Assembly: GCF_041146345.1 (NCBI RefSeq)
Contig: NW_027191419.1
Location: 620,001 to 684,000 of the forward strand
Length of the DNA: 64,000 bases
DNA from: Neodothiora populina
Taxonomy: Eukaryota
Reading direction: 5' to 3'
The translations under genes were made by a program, and so were the position numbers. Below the pieces are notes generated by a model, which was not told the DNA's origin, searched no databases, and saw nothing but the letters and a program-made list of their open reading frames with translations. Positions 1 through 12,010 of this stretch are shown piece by piece; the first letter of the stretch is position 1, and each line of letters starts with the position of its first letter.

Positions 1-53
1 AAGAAAGTCAAGACCAGCGCCGCCGTGAGCAGCGCGCGTTTGAAAGTAAACAT
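1..53 (-). CDS. 5' end of a probable secreted/ER protein (signal-peptide-like N-terminus), running off the left edge
   Basis: Reverse strand ACC-ATG at 53 reads MFTFKRALLTAALVLTF: basic n-region plus hydrophobic h-region, preceded by a CT-rich leader. Only 17 codons visible, so identity is not assignable (reminiscent of ER cyclophilin B N-termini, unverified). Confidence 0.4.
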   Translation of the reverse strand, partial: MFTFKRALLTAALVLTF

Positions 54-3000
54 GGTCAGAGACAATCAAAGAAAAAGAATAAAGAGGAAGCGCAGGTCTA
101 GGACGAGAGAACTGCCAATCGTTTTTCTGTAGGTATTATAGATGACAGGAAACTGTGTCAAGGGGGACCAGCGAAGAACGGTGAAACAACGCTGATAAGT
201 CCGTTCAAGATACAACAGTATGTACCGTAAGGTGAGCAAAGGTACAAGTATGGTAGTACAGAGATACAAAGACATCCACAGAATGCAGAAGGAATCGGGC
301 AGGGTGCAGTCGAGTATATGAGCAAAATCCACTACCATCAACGCATACGCAACAAGCTTCCACGCGCATATTACTTTAGAACGCTTTTGTATGGAACATG
401 GGGATCACCACGGCCGAAAAGTGGGTCCACAGATGCGACTTGACTGCCACACTGCGCTATAATCCCCGCCTCTCGGACTGGTGATTGAATCGAGTGCTCG
501 ATTGATTGATCGGAGGTTCGTAGGCTGTGAGCAAAGCAAAAATCGCATAAGCCATGCCATACAAGGACAACCCTCGGCCGCACGCAACCAAGGCAGATGC
601 GACTGTGACATATGGCTATTGCTACTGTGGACTATTTTAATCTCTGTCTCTCGTACACCAACGGTTCTGTGGCGCTGTCTACCGAGCCTTGGAGTTCGTA
701 GCAAAAGACAAAGCAGCCGCCACCGCTTTCCCGTTTGCTTTGGCGTGAGATCGCGATGGCCAATGTCTTATCCTTACTGTAGGCCTTACAATATCTTACC
801 TTACCTTACTTTACCTTTTACGCAAGGCTCTTCTCGCTTTCAACAGGTTGTTAATCTCAGAAAAAAGGCGTTGCAGGAGGCACGGTCCACTTTTCCTTTC
901 CCTCACCTCAGATCAAAGCACACCAGCTTTCGTCGTTAGCGGCTCGTCAAAGCCAACATCGACCTTACCAGATGATCTACCCTGTCCGACTACAGTACAC
1001 CTTATCTTTCACTCGCTTGAACGCCAGCTTGCAAAGCTGAGCAGGGATACATATGTTGCAAGGTGGTAAGCTTCGTATATATAAATAATCCTCGTACCTC
1101 CTTCGGTACAGCCAGCCATTCCTCGAAAGGATCGTTAAAATGGCAAGGCGGCGCGGGCTGTACAGTGGACGTGAGAAAGACAACAACATCCGCAGGTGGA
1201 CGCTAGTCCCAAACGAACTAGAGTTCCGGCGACATGCCTCTGGCTAATAGTAGCCGCGATGACGACTGCCTTTAGGCCCAGCCCTAGTGAGCCCCTTGCT
1301 CGTGTTTCGCATCACCTTCTTCTTCTACTAGACAAGCATTCTCGTGTTGTTATTGTTGTTGACATGCAGCGGGACAACGGCTTCCTGATCGCTGGTTGGG
1401 TTTTTGAAACATGTTCCGATTATCTGGTAGTGAACGAATCTCGCTTTCTCTTCTTCTAATCGTTCGACAAAAATATGCCTTAAACACGAATGAATATGCT
1501 TTTAATTATTCGCGCAGTCAAGTGAGACGCACTTTTTCACTTCTCAACGTGCGTTGAAAGCGTGATCAGGTTTATTTTGCTTATCGCCCGCCTAAGCTAA
1601 GCCCTGCATGAAAAGTCGAAGCATTTGACACTTTGTTGAGCAGAAGCTGCCCTCGGGGCAGACCATGAGCTGATCCCATCGACTTTACAATCTTTCAGCC
1701 TTCTTTCTCTTTGCCGTCCCTCTCCAATTCGCCATTCCGCTCATCGATCGCGCACCTTCCCCTAGTCAGGCGTAATATCTCCCTGGCAATGAGGATTGGC
1801 ACACGGCATACTGACTCGAAGGCGTGACTACTGCCACTTTGTGTCGAGCAACATCAGTGCATCTTCCCTCCTCCTCGGTTGATAATATTTATTTCTTGGC
1901 CTGATCGTCCATTGTAACGAGCATACGCGTCCACCACGACCTCCGCGCCTCGCCTCTCTTCGAGCGACGCCGCTTCCTGAGTGGATAATCGCCCACAGAC
2001 CCGAGACTTCGCTCGACTGACGTCGTCCAACATGGCTTGGGTTGGCCTTTGCCTGAAACAAGAACGTGGAGTTCTCCAAATTCCCAAGCCTCCTTTGTCA
2101 ATCCCTTGCCTCTTTAACGTGCACCATGATGCCGGTCAAGACTGTTTCACATGCTTCCCTACCCGCAATTTACTGTATCTCTTGTTCTATCGCGAGTCTA
2201 CGCCCACTTTCCCGAGTTTTATCCATATGTGCAGGAGTGTAAACTGTAATTTGCGCACGCAAAGTCATCCTGTACGACGATGGGCATCTCATACCATGTT
2301 ACAGTCGGCTCATGAGATTGCGAAGACTTTCTCCTCATCACGCCAGCTTGAAGACTTGACGGCAGATTGATTGTGCGAGACAAGGATAAGTATCATCAAT
2401 CCGAAATAGTTAAGTCGCTTGTCCATGTGTCCAGCCGCTTTGGCACGATCGTGACGCTGCATCAATTATGCCTAGCTTCTTATATATGTACGCTGTTCCG
2501 CGAACAAGATCGTCGCCATCAATCGCTTCATCCCCCCTCAGTCTCCGTTGATTCCAGCGATCCCTGCTGGCTGCACGCAGTATGTCGTTTGAGTACAGTA
2601 AATATTTTCCATACCCACCATCAGCCAAGCAAGGTTGCTTAGTGGAATAAATGGGATGGGAGTTTCTCTACCCGCATCGAATACCGCATGCATGCACGAT
2701 ACATACCTATCCCTGTTCATGCATGCATGCATGCACATCCAGCTGTCCGTCTATTTGTCGTTCACTTATCCACCACGCCCCTCTGTATTCTCCGAAGGAC
2801 CCCTCATCTGCAAGCTTATCTTGTCACCCTTTCCTGACTTTCCTTACTCTGTCTACGTGCATACACCAAGACGGGACGTGAAAGCGACGACGACATTTCC
2901 TCCGCATCATGGGGACCCGACATCGATGGTGATGGACGAGCAAGCGAGGCGACAGAGTTGTCGGTATCCCTGTCCGACTTGGTTTGGAAGCACCCAGGGG

Positions 3001-4360
3001 GGCCCAGACACTCCGTCTGCATGAAGGGACGAGTGTGGATTGGGAGTGTCTCTCGCATACATGCTTAGCAAAGCTTGGTGCATTCGTGAAGAGCGTCATT
3101 GTGTCCATACGCCTTATCTCTTTTTAAAGTCTGCTGCAGCAGCTAGACAGAACCTTCCTCTCCCAAAGCAAGGGGGTACCATTTCCTCGTGTGCAAGAAA
3201 GAGAGACAGTAAACCCGCCAAACGCAAAGCAAAGCAAGGTACAGTCGTAGAGTAAGAAGCAGCATAAACACAAATCTATCGCAGTTGTCTCATGCAAGTC
3301 TGCGCTTTCGGAACAGCTGTATTCTTCTACCGGTAGACTTCACATACAACACTCACTACATGCAAAAGGTCAGACCCAGCACTAAACTCTCCGTGGAAGG
3401 TCGTGTAAGCTTGTCATGTACGCCAGGTACTTGAGCGACAATCCTTACCTATAGGCAGTCTACTAACCGCAAACCGCCAACCGCACACCTCACAACCTCC
3501 TCGACGGCACCAAAGACCCTGTCCCTAGCATTCGAGTACAGGAAGCACGAGAAGTATACGCTATGCAACACGTCTCTGACGGCGTGGTGGAGAGGGGAAG
3601 TGTCCACTGAGTTACTCTACCTATTTTATCTTGGCTATTAATACTATCACTACTAGGATACAACAGTGTATTCTGCTGCCCTTGCCTCGAACGGTAAGGT
3701 ATTATTTGGCAAGGTAACGGCTACCATAGGTGGGCGTTTGTCTATCCAGCCTCGTCGTTGTCGTGCACTCGTGGTCAGGGTGGACGCATGAGTTCATCTA
3801 ATGTACTTACTATGTGAACGAGATAGGAATCATATACTCCATGCTCTCACGGACGAACATTGCCCGTCTTTGAGGATCTCTGCTCTGCATGTGGCTACTA
3901 TAGCTGATTGTGCATTTTTGCTCTCCGCTGCGCCATACTGCCTTGGTCTTTCCTTCTTCGGCTCACAATCGCTGTGAAGAACACGGTTTCACTAAATGGC
4001 ATACACGGCTAGGTGTGAGGAGTTGTCTCACTTCTGTCCAGCTGGAGGACTTGTAACATGATGAACATGGTCTACCTTCAGTTTGTCTGTCCTCAGCTTT
4101 GGAGGGGAAAAAAGGATTGGGAATGTTAGGTTTGTTTGTGTTTCCGTTTCTATCATTTCTACCAAGCTGCAAAATGAAGAAAGACAGATGATGGGGGGAT
4201 TGTGTGTGTGAAAGATGTAGAAGAAGAAGAGGAGGAAGAGGAAGAGGCGGAACAAGAAGAAATAGAAATGAGGAGTATAAGGTTGTACGCGAGACATGGT
4301 ATGGGTTGTTGTAGTGACGAAGGTAGTAGTACTAGAAAGAACAAATGGAGAAGTAAAGAA

Positions 4361-7300
4361 TCATTGCCGTGGCGACTGAGGTCGCCCCCAGAAATCGAGA
4401 CTGGCAATGACATCTTCTCCCATCTCGTCCTCGTAAGCGTACAGGATCTGTGCGATGACACATCAGCAAATCGTTCTCTCACATGATCATTGCTGACAAA
4501 TAACAAACTCACCTCTCTCGAACTGGAGTGCAAGAAGCGCACGTTCTTGGCTGTGAGAATACAGACCAAGCCACCAGTTTCCGTAAGTCTGATTTCGATG
4601 AACTCTTGTTCGAATGCCAATATGTACTTGTCGCCCCATGTGGCAAAGGCGGTCGGCGCGCCCTCCCAGTTGATGCGCCAGTCGTTCCTCGCTCGCCAAC
4701 CGTTCTTGTTGACGAAGAACGAAAAGTCGGTGTAGCAGAGCAAGAATTCGGAGGGTGTGCGCTCGATGTAGATTGGTTTGACGTTCTCGCGACGCACGAC
4801 AAAGTCGAGCGAGGTGTCTGCCTGGTCGAGCAATGACTGCGTCTCGAGTGTCTCGAGTGACACAATCTCGAAACCTTTGGCACCTCCCACACAGAGCTTG
4901 GAACGCAAGAAATGTATGCTGTTGGACTCCATAGGGATGTAAAACTCCTGTTTTTCCGTGAGTGGGCTTGCCGTGCGGATCGTAGAGTCGGGTCTTCTCA
5001 CCTTGTACGGTCTCAAGACCTCTTGTCCACCGGCAAGCATCTTCGCCAAGCCCGACTTCTTCTTACCCTTGGTCATGGAATCCATAGGCTCATACACCTT
5101 GACAGTACTGGAAAGAGAAGACGACTTGACGCAGCACACCAGCAACTGTCCATTGCACATTCCAGCATTGAAGTAATTGGCATGACAAATCTTTCGTCCG
5201 CGCTTCGAGGGCGCAGCCTGGCTTTCCTCAGGGTCCAGAGCGTCGAGTGGGTATGAGTACATGACCTTGTCAGCCAGCACCAGCAATATCTGGTGTTGCT
5301 CAAGCACGTCGATCTGAGTAACCATCTTGCAGTCGAGCATGCGCTTGGGCTTGTGTGACGCATCGCGAGGCTTGCGATCTGCGACGTAGACTCCGAAGTC
5401 TGTACCGAGGACGAGTTTTCTTGCGCCATCTAAACAATCAATTAGCATAAATTGACGTGTTGGTATTGCTTGTAAGGGACTCACCAATCGGCACGCAGCA
5501 GTTGACTCTGACTGCAGACGTGAAGAAACCTTCACTAATGTTGGTCTTCGTGAAGATGTTGCTGCGCTCTCGGAGTTTCTCTTGCTGAGAGTGGATGTGC
5601 TCCATCCACTTCTCTCGTTGAATAGGGGATGTACAGTATAGCGTCAATTCATAGCCGCCCTTGCCAAGTCGCTTGAATGTCAACGGGTATCCGTCCTCCT
5701 TTTTGGTGTTGGCAGTGGTAATGTTTCTCGTACCGGGTATCATGCTTGACGAAGGGCGTTTCGTTATGCCCAGTCTGGGCAGAACTTCATCCATCTGGGT
5801 GATTACAAGCAACTCTAAAGGTATCGGTTTTCGGTATACTCTCTGCTCCTCACGTTTGTTCACGGTTTTTGTCCTGACCAGTAAGACTGCGTGATCGAAC
5901 AGATATGCTTGCACATCTGGTACTTCAGCCGTCGGTGCCTTTTTCAATGTACTCTTGAAGACCAGTTGGCGGTTCTCTTCTGTGAGCTTCAGGTCCACAA
6001 ACTGAATGGTACCCCACTTGAGTGACTGGTTGAGCTGCATAAGTTGCTGAATATTCTCAGCTTTTCCAGATTCTTCGTTGACCCTGGTCAGGATCTCTTT
6101 GATGACGGCGATGGCCTTGGGAATGTCCTGCTTATCGGGGTTGCCCTCTGCAGTGGGCTTGACAACATTCTCCAACAGCAAGGGATATCTTGCGAGACGA
6201 GTCGTTGGCTTGGTTAGATAACCGTTCAATTCGAGCTTCCTGGACTCTTTGAGTCTCTCCGTCTCTTCGACAAACTTAGCGAAGGCGGGGTTGGTAGACT
6301 TCTCCTTTTCGAACTCGAATTTACCAAAAAGTTGGTTGGCACCATATTTGATGAACGGGGAGAATTGGCCGACGTATTCTAGGAAGACATCTCCGATATT
6401 CCTCACGATGGGGTTCTGCTGCTGTCTCCGCGTAAGGGCGCTTGCCAAACGGACGTTCACAGAATGGACTTCCTGACAGTTGGAAAATACGGTCCTGATG
6501 AATTTCTCGCGGCGATGCTCCGGAATTGGTGAGATGTTCGGGTTTCGTAGCGGTTTGATCCAGAAGTCCCGCAAGTACTCGAGATCTTTGACGAAATCGC
6601 GTTCGGTATACATAAGCTCGGCAATGACCTCCTGTCTCTTCTTCTCCTTCTCGTCGACGCTCTTGGCGATTTCTTCGGAGACAGTGTTGATCCATAGTCT
6701 CTGCTCGTTCTCCGGCTCGTCTTTTAAGCTTGATTGTGAGCTCTCTCTCTTCAGGCCAGGTCCCAGCTTCAGATTGAGGCGCTGTTGTTGCTCGAGACGT
6801 CGCGGACATGCGATCGAGTAACAGAGGTGATCTCTGGTGCAAGTGGGCGAGTAACACTCGGTAAGTAATGTGAAGACGCCGTTGACTTCGGGAGGCTCGT
6901 CGACCAGAGCTTCCTTGAATTGGTACATCTCGGTGGGCGAATCTCGGAGGCGATGGGCGTAAGCAACCTCGTGAAAGAACTTTTGAGCATCCAAGGAACG
7001 GCCTAACAGCAGCGCCAAATTTCGATCAGAGGTTCGAATAATGTAGGCAATCAGCTCGACGGCGTCGTGACCCGTGAACGCATTCTTGTAGACCAGACTG
7101 TCTTTCTCCCTGTCACTCAAGGCGATGCGCTCGCGGAAGGCTTGCGCGACCTTAGAGAGCAGAGCACCATAGACTAGAGACGGACGTTTCTGGGCGACCA
7201 TGGTGCTACCGGTCATCTGGCTATTCGATCTCGTACTTGACGGTGCTATCGATGGCGAGGGTCGTGGCGACTGAGCTTGGTGTTCGTGGAAATCGGGAGA

Positions 7301-8287
7301 GGCCATCGCGGTCGATGCCATGGACATGGTGCGTGATTGAACGCTGCTCTGACTGGGGGTCCGCGTTTTCGCATCGTGGTATGGATGAGGTGGCTGTTGT
7401 GCCTGAGGGTGAGCGGCGCCCGGTCGGGCATCCGACTGCAGCCCATCGCCCCCGGAGTCTGTTCTCTTCCTGTTCGGTATGATTCTTCCGCTCATTGTCT
7501 GCATGTGATCGTTGTCTCGCGCGTAGGATGACATGGACATTGTTCTTTCGTCGGATGGTCTGTCAGGCACCACGCGGCCTTGAGCAGTTGTTCGCGCCAG
7601 ATGGTTCATGTAAGACGGCTGGCGAAAAGCATTTGCAGGAGCCATGCCGTAGCTAGCAGCGGCGGGAGAGAAGGATGGGCGGGAAGTCGCCGCCATGGAC
7701 TGCGATCTAAAGCTGTCAGAGTTCAATGCAGGAGGGGCGCCAGGAGAAGTACCGGGTCCCTGGGTGTAAGCGCGGTGGTATTGCTGAGCGGGGGTGGGAG
7801 CGCGTGGATCCAGCCTTTGGGGCGCACCATATGGTCGACGGTCGGGTCTCAAAGGTTGTGGAAGAAACTGTGGCTGAGGTTGGCGCTGAGGTTGAGGATG
7901 CGATGACTGGGGACCTCTGGGAGGATAATCTCCGTTGACAGCAGGGCCCATGTTGGATCTCGGCGAGGGATATCCATTGGCAGGTTGTCGCAGAGGAGGA
8001 GCCCTCTGCATGTACTCGGCTGTCTGGCCCGACATGGTCGCCGCTCTCTCGGTCAAGTGTGGTGGGGCCTGTGAAGTCATGGTCTGAGACCTGCCAGCAG
8101 TGGATGGAGGTGCGCCGAAAATGGAGTTGTAGGCGGCATCACGCTGGTACGATGAGGCAGTATCAGGTCCACGAGGGCGAGCATGGGCGTTGGGTTGAGC
8201 TTGAGCTTGAGCTTGAGGGTAAGCATGGTTGGAACTAGGAGGTGCTCGCCCGTAGCCGTTGCCCTGAGGTGCATTGTACTGCGCCAT
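4361..8287 (-). CDS. rom2: Rho1 guanine nucleotide exchange factor (DEP-DH-PH-CNH)
   Basis: P/Q-rich N-terminus, DEP (FTGHDAVELIAYII...LGRSLDAQKFFHEV), DH (KRQEVIAELMYTERDFVKDL...KPTTRLARYPLLL), PH and CNH domains. Exons 8287-5485, 5429-5002, 4947-4513, 4447-4361; all introns GTGAG..AG; ends IASLDFWGRPQSPRQ*. Confidence 0.96.
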
Positions 8288-8445
8288 GTAATAGTTGCAG
8301 TCGACGCTACTTTATCTGGAGCCCGCTATGGGGAGGACATCCGACAGGCTCGCTAAAGCCTTAGCACCTTGTAGCCAGAGTCGCGAGCTGGCTAGGACAA
8401 GCGATCGAATACCAAAGACCGGATGTGTAAGAAAAGCTCGGTTGG

Positions 8446-8523
8446 TGGTGATGATGATGATGATGACGATGGAGATGAAGATGGCAATGTTGAAGATGAT
8501 GATGATGATGATGGCGGTGGTGG
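8446..8523. repeat. Imperfect (GAT)n/(GGT)n microsatellite upstream of rom2
   Basis: Two interrupted GAT runs flanked by GGT units, read directly. Confidence 0.85.
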
Positions 8524-9382
8524 AGGGGGGGAAACGAGAGCAGAGGAAATGGGAGAAGGCGGAGGTGTACTGAATAAGAGAGGCCTCTCCTGTCGCGGAA
8601 TAATGGACTCGGACGAGACCGAAACCTGAGTGCTTGACACGTTCCCCTTGTGTTAGTATCAGCAAGAACAGTTGTAGATGTCGTCGCCGTCGCCGTCGCT
8701 GTCGTCGTCGTTTGTTCGTCAAGCGCTCGCCGTGTCCTGTCTCAAAGCGGCCGGCTGTTTCCGATATCCGCTTCTTCAAAGGGTTTCGTCAATTATGGTA
8801 CCTTAATCCGCCAAGCTGACCGTACACATAAAGATAGGATGCGTGATGCTGTCGAACAGAGAAAATCAATACCAGTGATGAGACATGAGGAGTCGCCTCT
8901 CTGGCTCGGCGGGGAATGGATACAATCAATCGAGTCAATCAAGGTGTTGATAATAGGATCAAGTCTGTTGAAACAGCGTCTATGTGTTGCCAATTTTGGC
9001 TGATAACGAAAGTGAAGATCATCGGATCAACAGCGAAAACAAGCCAACACGGTGAGAGTGAGATAGTACAGGGGACAAGACAGGGCAATGATTGCTATTA
9101 GATAGAACGCACGTTTCGACGACCCTAGGAAGGTAAGGTACTTGACGTACGGCAGGTAATCTGTACTGTAGATTTCAGAACTCGACTCTGCTTTTGCTAC
9201 CTTAGATACAGGAATTACTGTAAATATTACTGTCCCCAATGATACCAGGAACCGTAGAGTACAACTTCGTTATTCGTTGTGTCCAGCCTGTGCCTGTGCC
9301 TGTGCCTGTGACCAAAGCAGCTACATTACTTCTCACCATGGAAATACCTCGAAACCTCGATGCTATTGGACACTTCAATAAT

Positions 9383-9451
9383 ACTTCCGCTTCCGCTTCG
9401 ACTTCGACATGGACATGGACATGGACATGGACTTGGACTTGGACTTGGACT
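9383..9451. repeat. Compound hexanucleotide array ACTTCC-GCTTCC-GCTTCG-ACTTCG-(ACATGG)4-(ACTTGG)3
   Basis: Eleven hexamers in continuous register in the rom2/vma11 divergent intergenic region. Confidence 0.9.
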
Positions 9452-9539
9452 AAAGTACCAGCTTGCCTGAGGCGTCCGTGCGTTAATCCAAAGCCAGGTC
9501 TTGGGGTCATACGTCGGTCGGTCGGTCTTCTTGGCTGTC

Positions 9540-9588
9540 ACTGCTGCTACTGCTACTGCTATTGCTGCTGCTGCTGCTGCTGCTGCTG
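9540..9588. repeat. (CTG/CTA)n trinucleotide microsatellite
   Basis: ctgctgctactgctactgctattg(ctg)n, read directly. Confidence 0.9.
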
Positions 9589-9756
9589 TATACCTTACTG
9601 GCTCACCAAGGCATTGAGCATTATCCATCCTTCGCCTTGCCGCAGGACCACCATTCACCCCCTTGATCGATTTCTTGAGGTCTTCGCTATCTTCTCGCCT
9701 CATATCAGACCCTGCATACGACTGCACATAGTGCGCCACCTCCTGCGAGCTTCAAC

Positions 9757-10614
9757 ATGGCTGTCGACTCGGAATACACACCCAAGTTCGCGCCTTTCTT
9801 CGGAATGGTAACCATCAGTCAGAGCCATATGAGGTTATACTTATAATACTAACTGCTTCTCAGGCCGGCATAGCTTTCGCGGTACGCTTTCGACGAATCT
9901 ATACCGCCACTTGGCCGCATACACATGAGACTTCACGCTGACACGTCTGCGCCTCGTAGATGATATTTGGATGTAAGACTCGCAAGGCCGATTCCTCCGT
10001 CTATACCTTGCGAATACGACTGACACACTCAAAGGCATAGGTGCAGCATATGGTACTGCCAAATCAGGCATTGGTATTTCCGGTGTGGGCACATTCAGAC
10101 CGGATCTTATCATGAAGGCATGTTCCAGACTGGACGAATATCCTCACATCCGGCGCTCTAATCTCCCATAGTCACTTATCCCCGTCGTCATGGCCGGTAT
10201 CATTGCAGTCTACGCTCTTGTCGTTTCGGTGTTGATCGCCGGAAACATTCGTCCTCCTCCGGACAAGCACTACAGCCTGTTCGAAGGTTTCATGCATCTC
10301 GCCTGCGGCTTGTCAGTAGGCTTGACCGGCCTGGCTGCTGGCTACGCTATCGGTATTGTTGGAGACATGGTGAGCTTTTTCCGACCGCAACACTGTTGAA
10401 ATAAACACTTACAGTCTGCAGGGCGTGCGTTCGTACATGCAACAGTCCAGGATCTTTGTCGGCATGGTCCTCATCCTCATTTTCGGTGAAGTCCTCGGTC
10501 TCTACGGGTGAGCATCTGTTCCAACAGCACTAGAACTCACTAGAATCCCACCCACTAATTCATACGTTCAGGCTCATTGTCGCTCTGATCCTCAACACCA
10601 AGGCTGCTGGCTAG
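9757..10614 (+). CDS. vma11: V-type ATPase proteolipid subunit c'
   Basis: Seven exons: 9757-9807, 9864-9881, 9960-9972, 10035-10117, 10172-10369, 10422-10507, 10572-10614. Spliced product [69 protein letters not shown]...[28 protein letters not shown], with the proton-carrying Glu in FGEVLG. Confidence 0.95.
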
Positions 10615-10862
10615 AGTGCCCTCCAGGACATTCAGATCTGCTAGAAACAATGCATACCAAACGAACATGAGTCGAGGGAGACGCAGCGCCGTATACCCGT
10701 ACTCAGGCGCCGCCGCCTTGTCATATACAACGATTGCCTTCGATGTATACAAGAGCAAGGGATGTAATATTTATCAACACCATTCAGAGTCACGCAGGGC
10801 GATCTTTCTCGCAGACATGTATGAAGTCACGCTTCTTTCAGCCGCGATTATGTATAGCAGCT

Positions 10863-11527
10863 CTAAAAATCCTGTATTCCAGTCTCACCTGTACGGCTGA
10901 TTTCCTCACCTACAAATTCGGCCGCCTCTTGGTCGAAATAGTCATCTTGCCTTCGCCTAGTTTCCTCCTCCCAATCATCATACTCGTCGTTGCCGTCGAC
11001 CTGGCCGTAATCGAAGTCATGATCCTGCCCTCTCAGGAACCTCTGCTCCATGGCGTATCGCCACTTATCCAAGCCTTGCTGGCGGTCTTTCGGCCGGTCT
11101 TCTTCATCTTGCTCTACAGCGATAATGGACCCAGCTGCGTCGCGCTTGTACACTAAAGGACTGTTTGGGTCCGGGTTTTGCAGGGCGGCAACTTTTGCTT
11201 CTGATCGCATGATATCTGCTTCCATTATGCCCGACCAACCTTGCTTCTTGCCGTATGCCTCTCTCTCCGCCGTGGTTTGAAATCGTCTGACCATACGGTC
11301 ATATAGTAGTGGGTCTTTGGCAAATGTTACTGTCAGTCCTACAAAGCAGATCATGGCTGGTGAGAATGACCTGCAAGCTCTAGAGTTGCCGAGTCGAAAT
11401 ACTCGGCATGCTTCTCGAGATATTTCCGTCGCCTTGTCTTGACTTGTAGACGCGCCGTACGCGCCTCTTCACTCTCATGTCTGCTGTCTGAAGACACCGA
11501 AACAGTGTCTTTGGGGAAATGAGGCAT
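10863..11527 (-). CDS. CCDC97-like (DUF2052) conserved protein
   Basis: Exons 11527-11371 and 11314-10863. Motifs RRRKYLEKHAEYF...LELA/DPLLYDRMVRRFQT and FLRGQDHDFDYGQVDGNDEYDD...QDDYFD...GETGIQDF* fit this family. Confidence 0.8.
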
Positions 11528-12010
11528 CCTCGCAGAAAGCCCACACAGACATGAACACGGCTGGTACTGCGACAGCCCGAGTGGAAGTAATCGTTCTATC
11601 TCAGTGATTAATTATCAAGATTCTAGGTACACATGCGGCAAGGTGGGCCGTATCGATGTGTCTCGTGGATATTCTTGGCAAAGCTCCGAATACGGCCAAG
11701 ACCGAGGCTTGCACATCATCGATTGCGTGGGGTGGGATGGCCAAAACAGCCTGAACCCTTGAACTCTAAATCCCACAAGGCTACAGCGAACCTCTAGGCT
11801 TCCACTTTCGATGTTCGAATAACTGCATTTGGCCCCCAATTCTTTGCATTTCACCCAGAGCCGAGAAATATATCGTTCTTATCTAATTATGCGAACAACT
11901 ATTGTCGCAAGTGCAACTCTAGATCTGTTGAAATCGTGAAGACGACATGAGATCTAGCTGAAACCACGTTTACTCCACAACAAGCAGGTGTGGAAGCGAC
12001 ACTACGAATC

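Noticed and set aside
340..3950. Telomerase RNA or snoRNA cluster
   Set aside because: No TAACCCTAA-type template on either strand and no convincing paired C/D boxes seen by eye; a covariance search is still needed to exclude it.
8295..8819. ORFs with poly-M, poly-D, poly-I or poly-S
   Set aside because: Translations of GAT and GTC repeats upstream of rom2.
9202..9811. ORFs with poly-C, TW and VQ/VH repeats
   Set aside because: Translations of microsatellites in the rom2/vma11 intergenic region.
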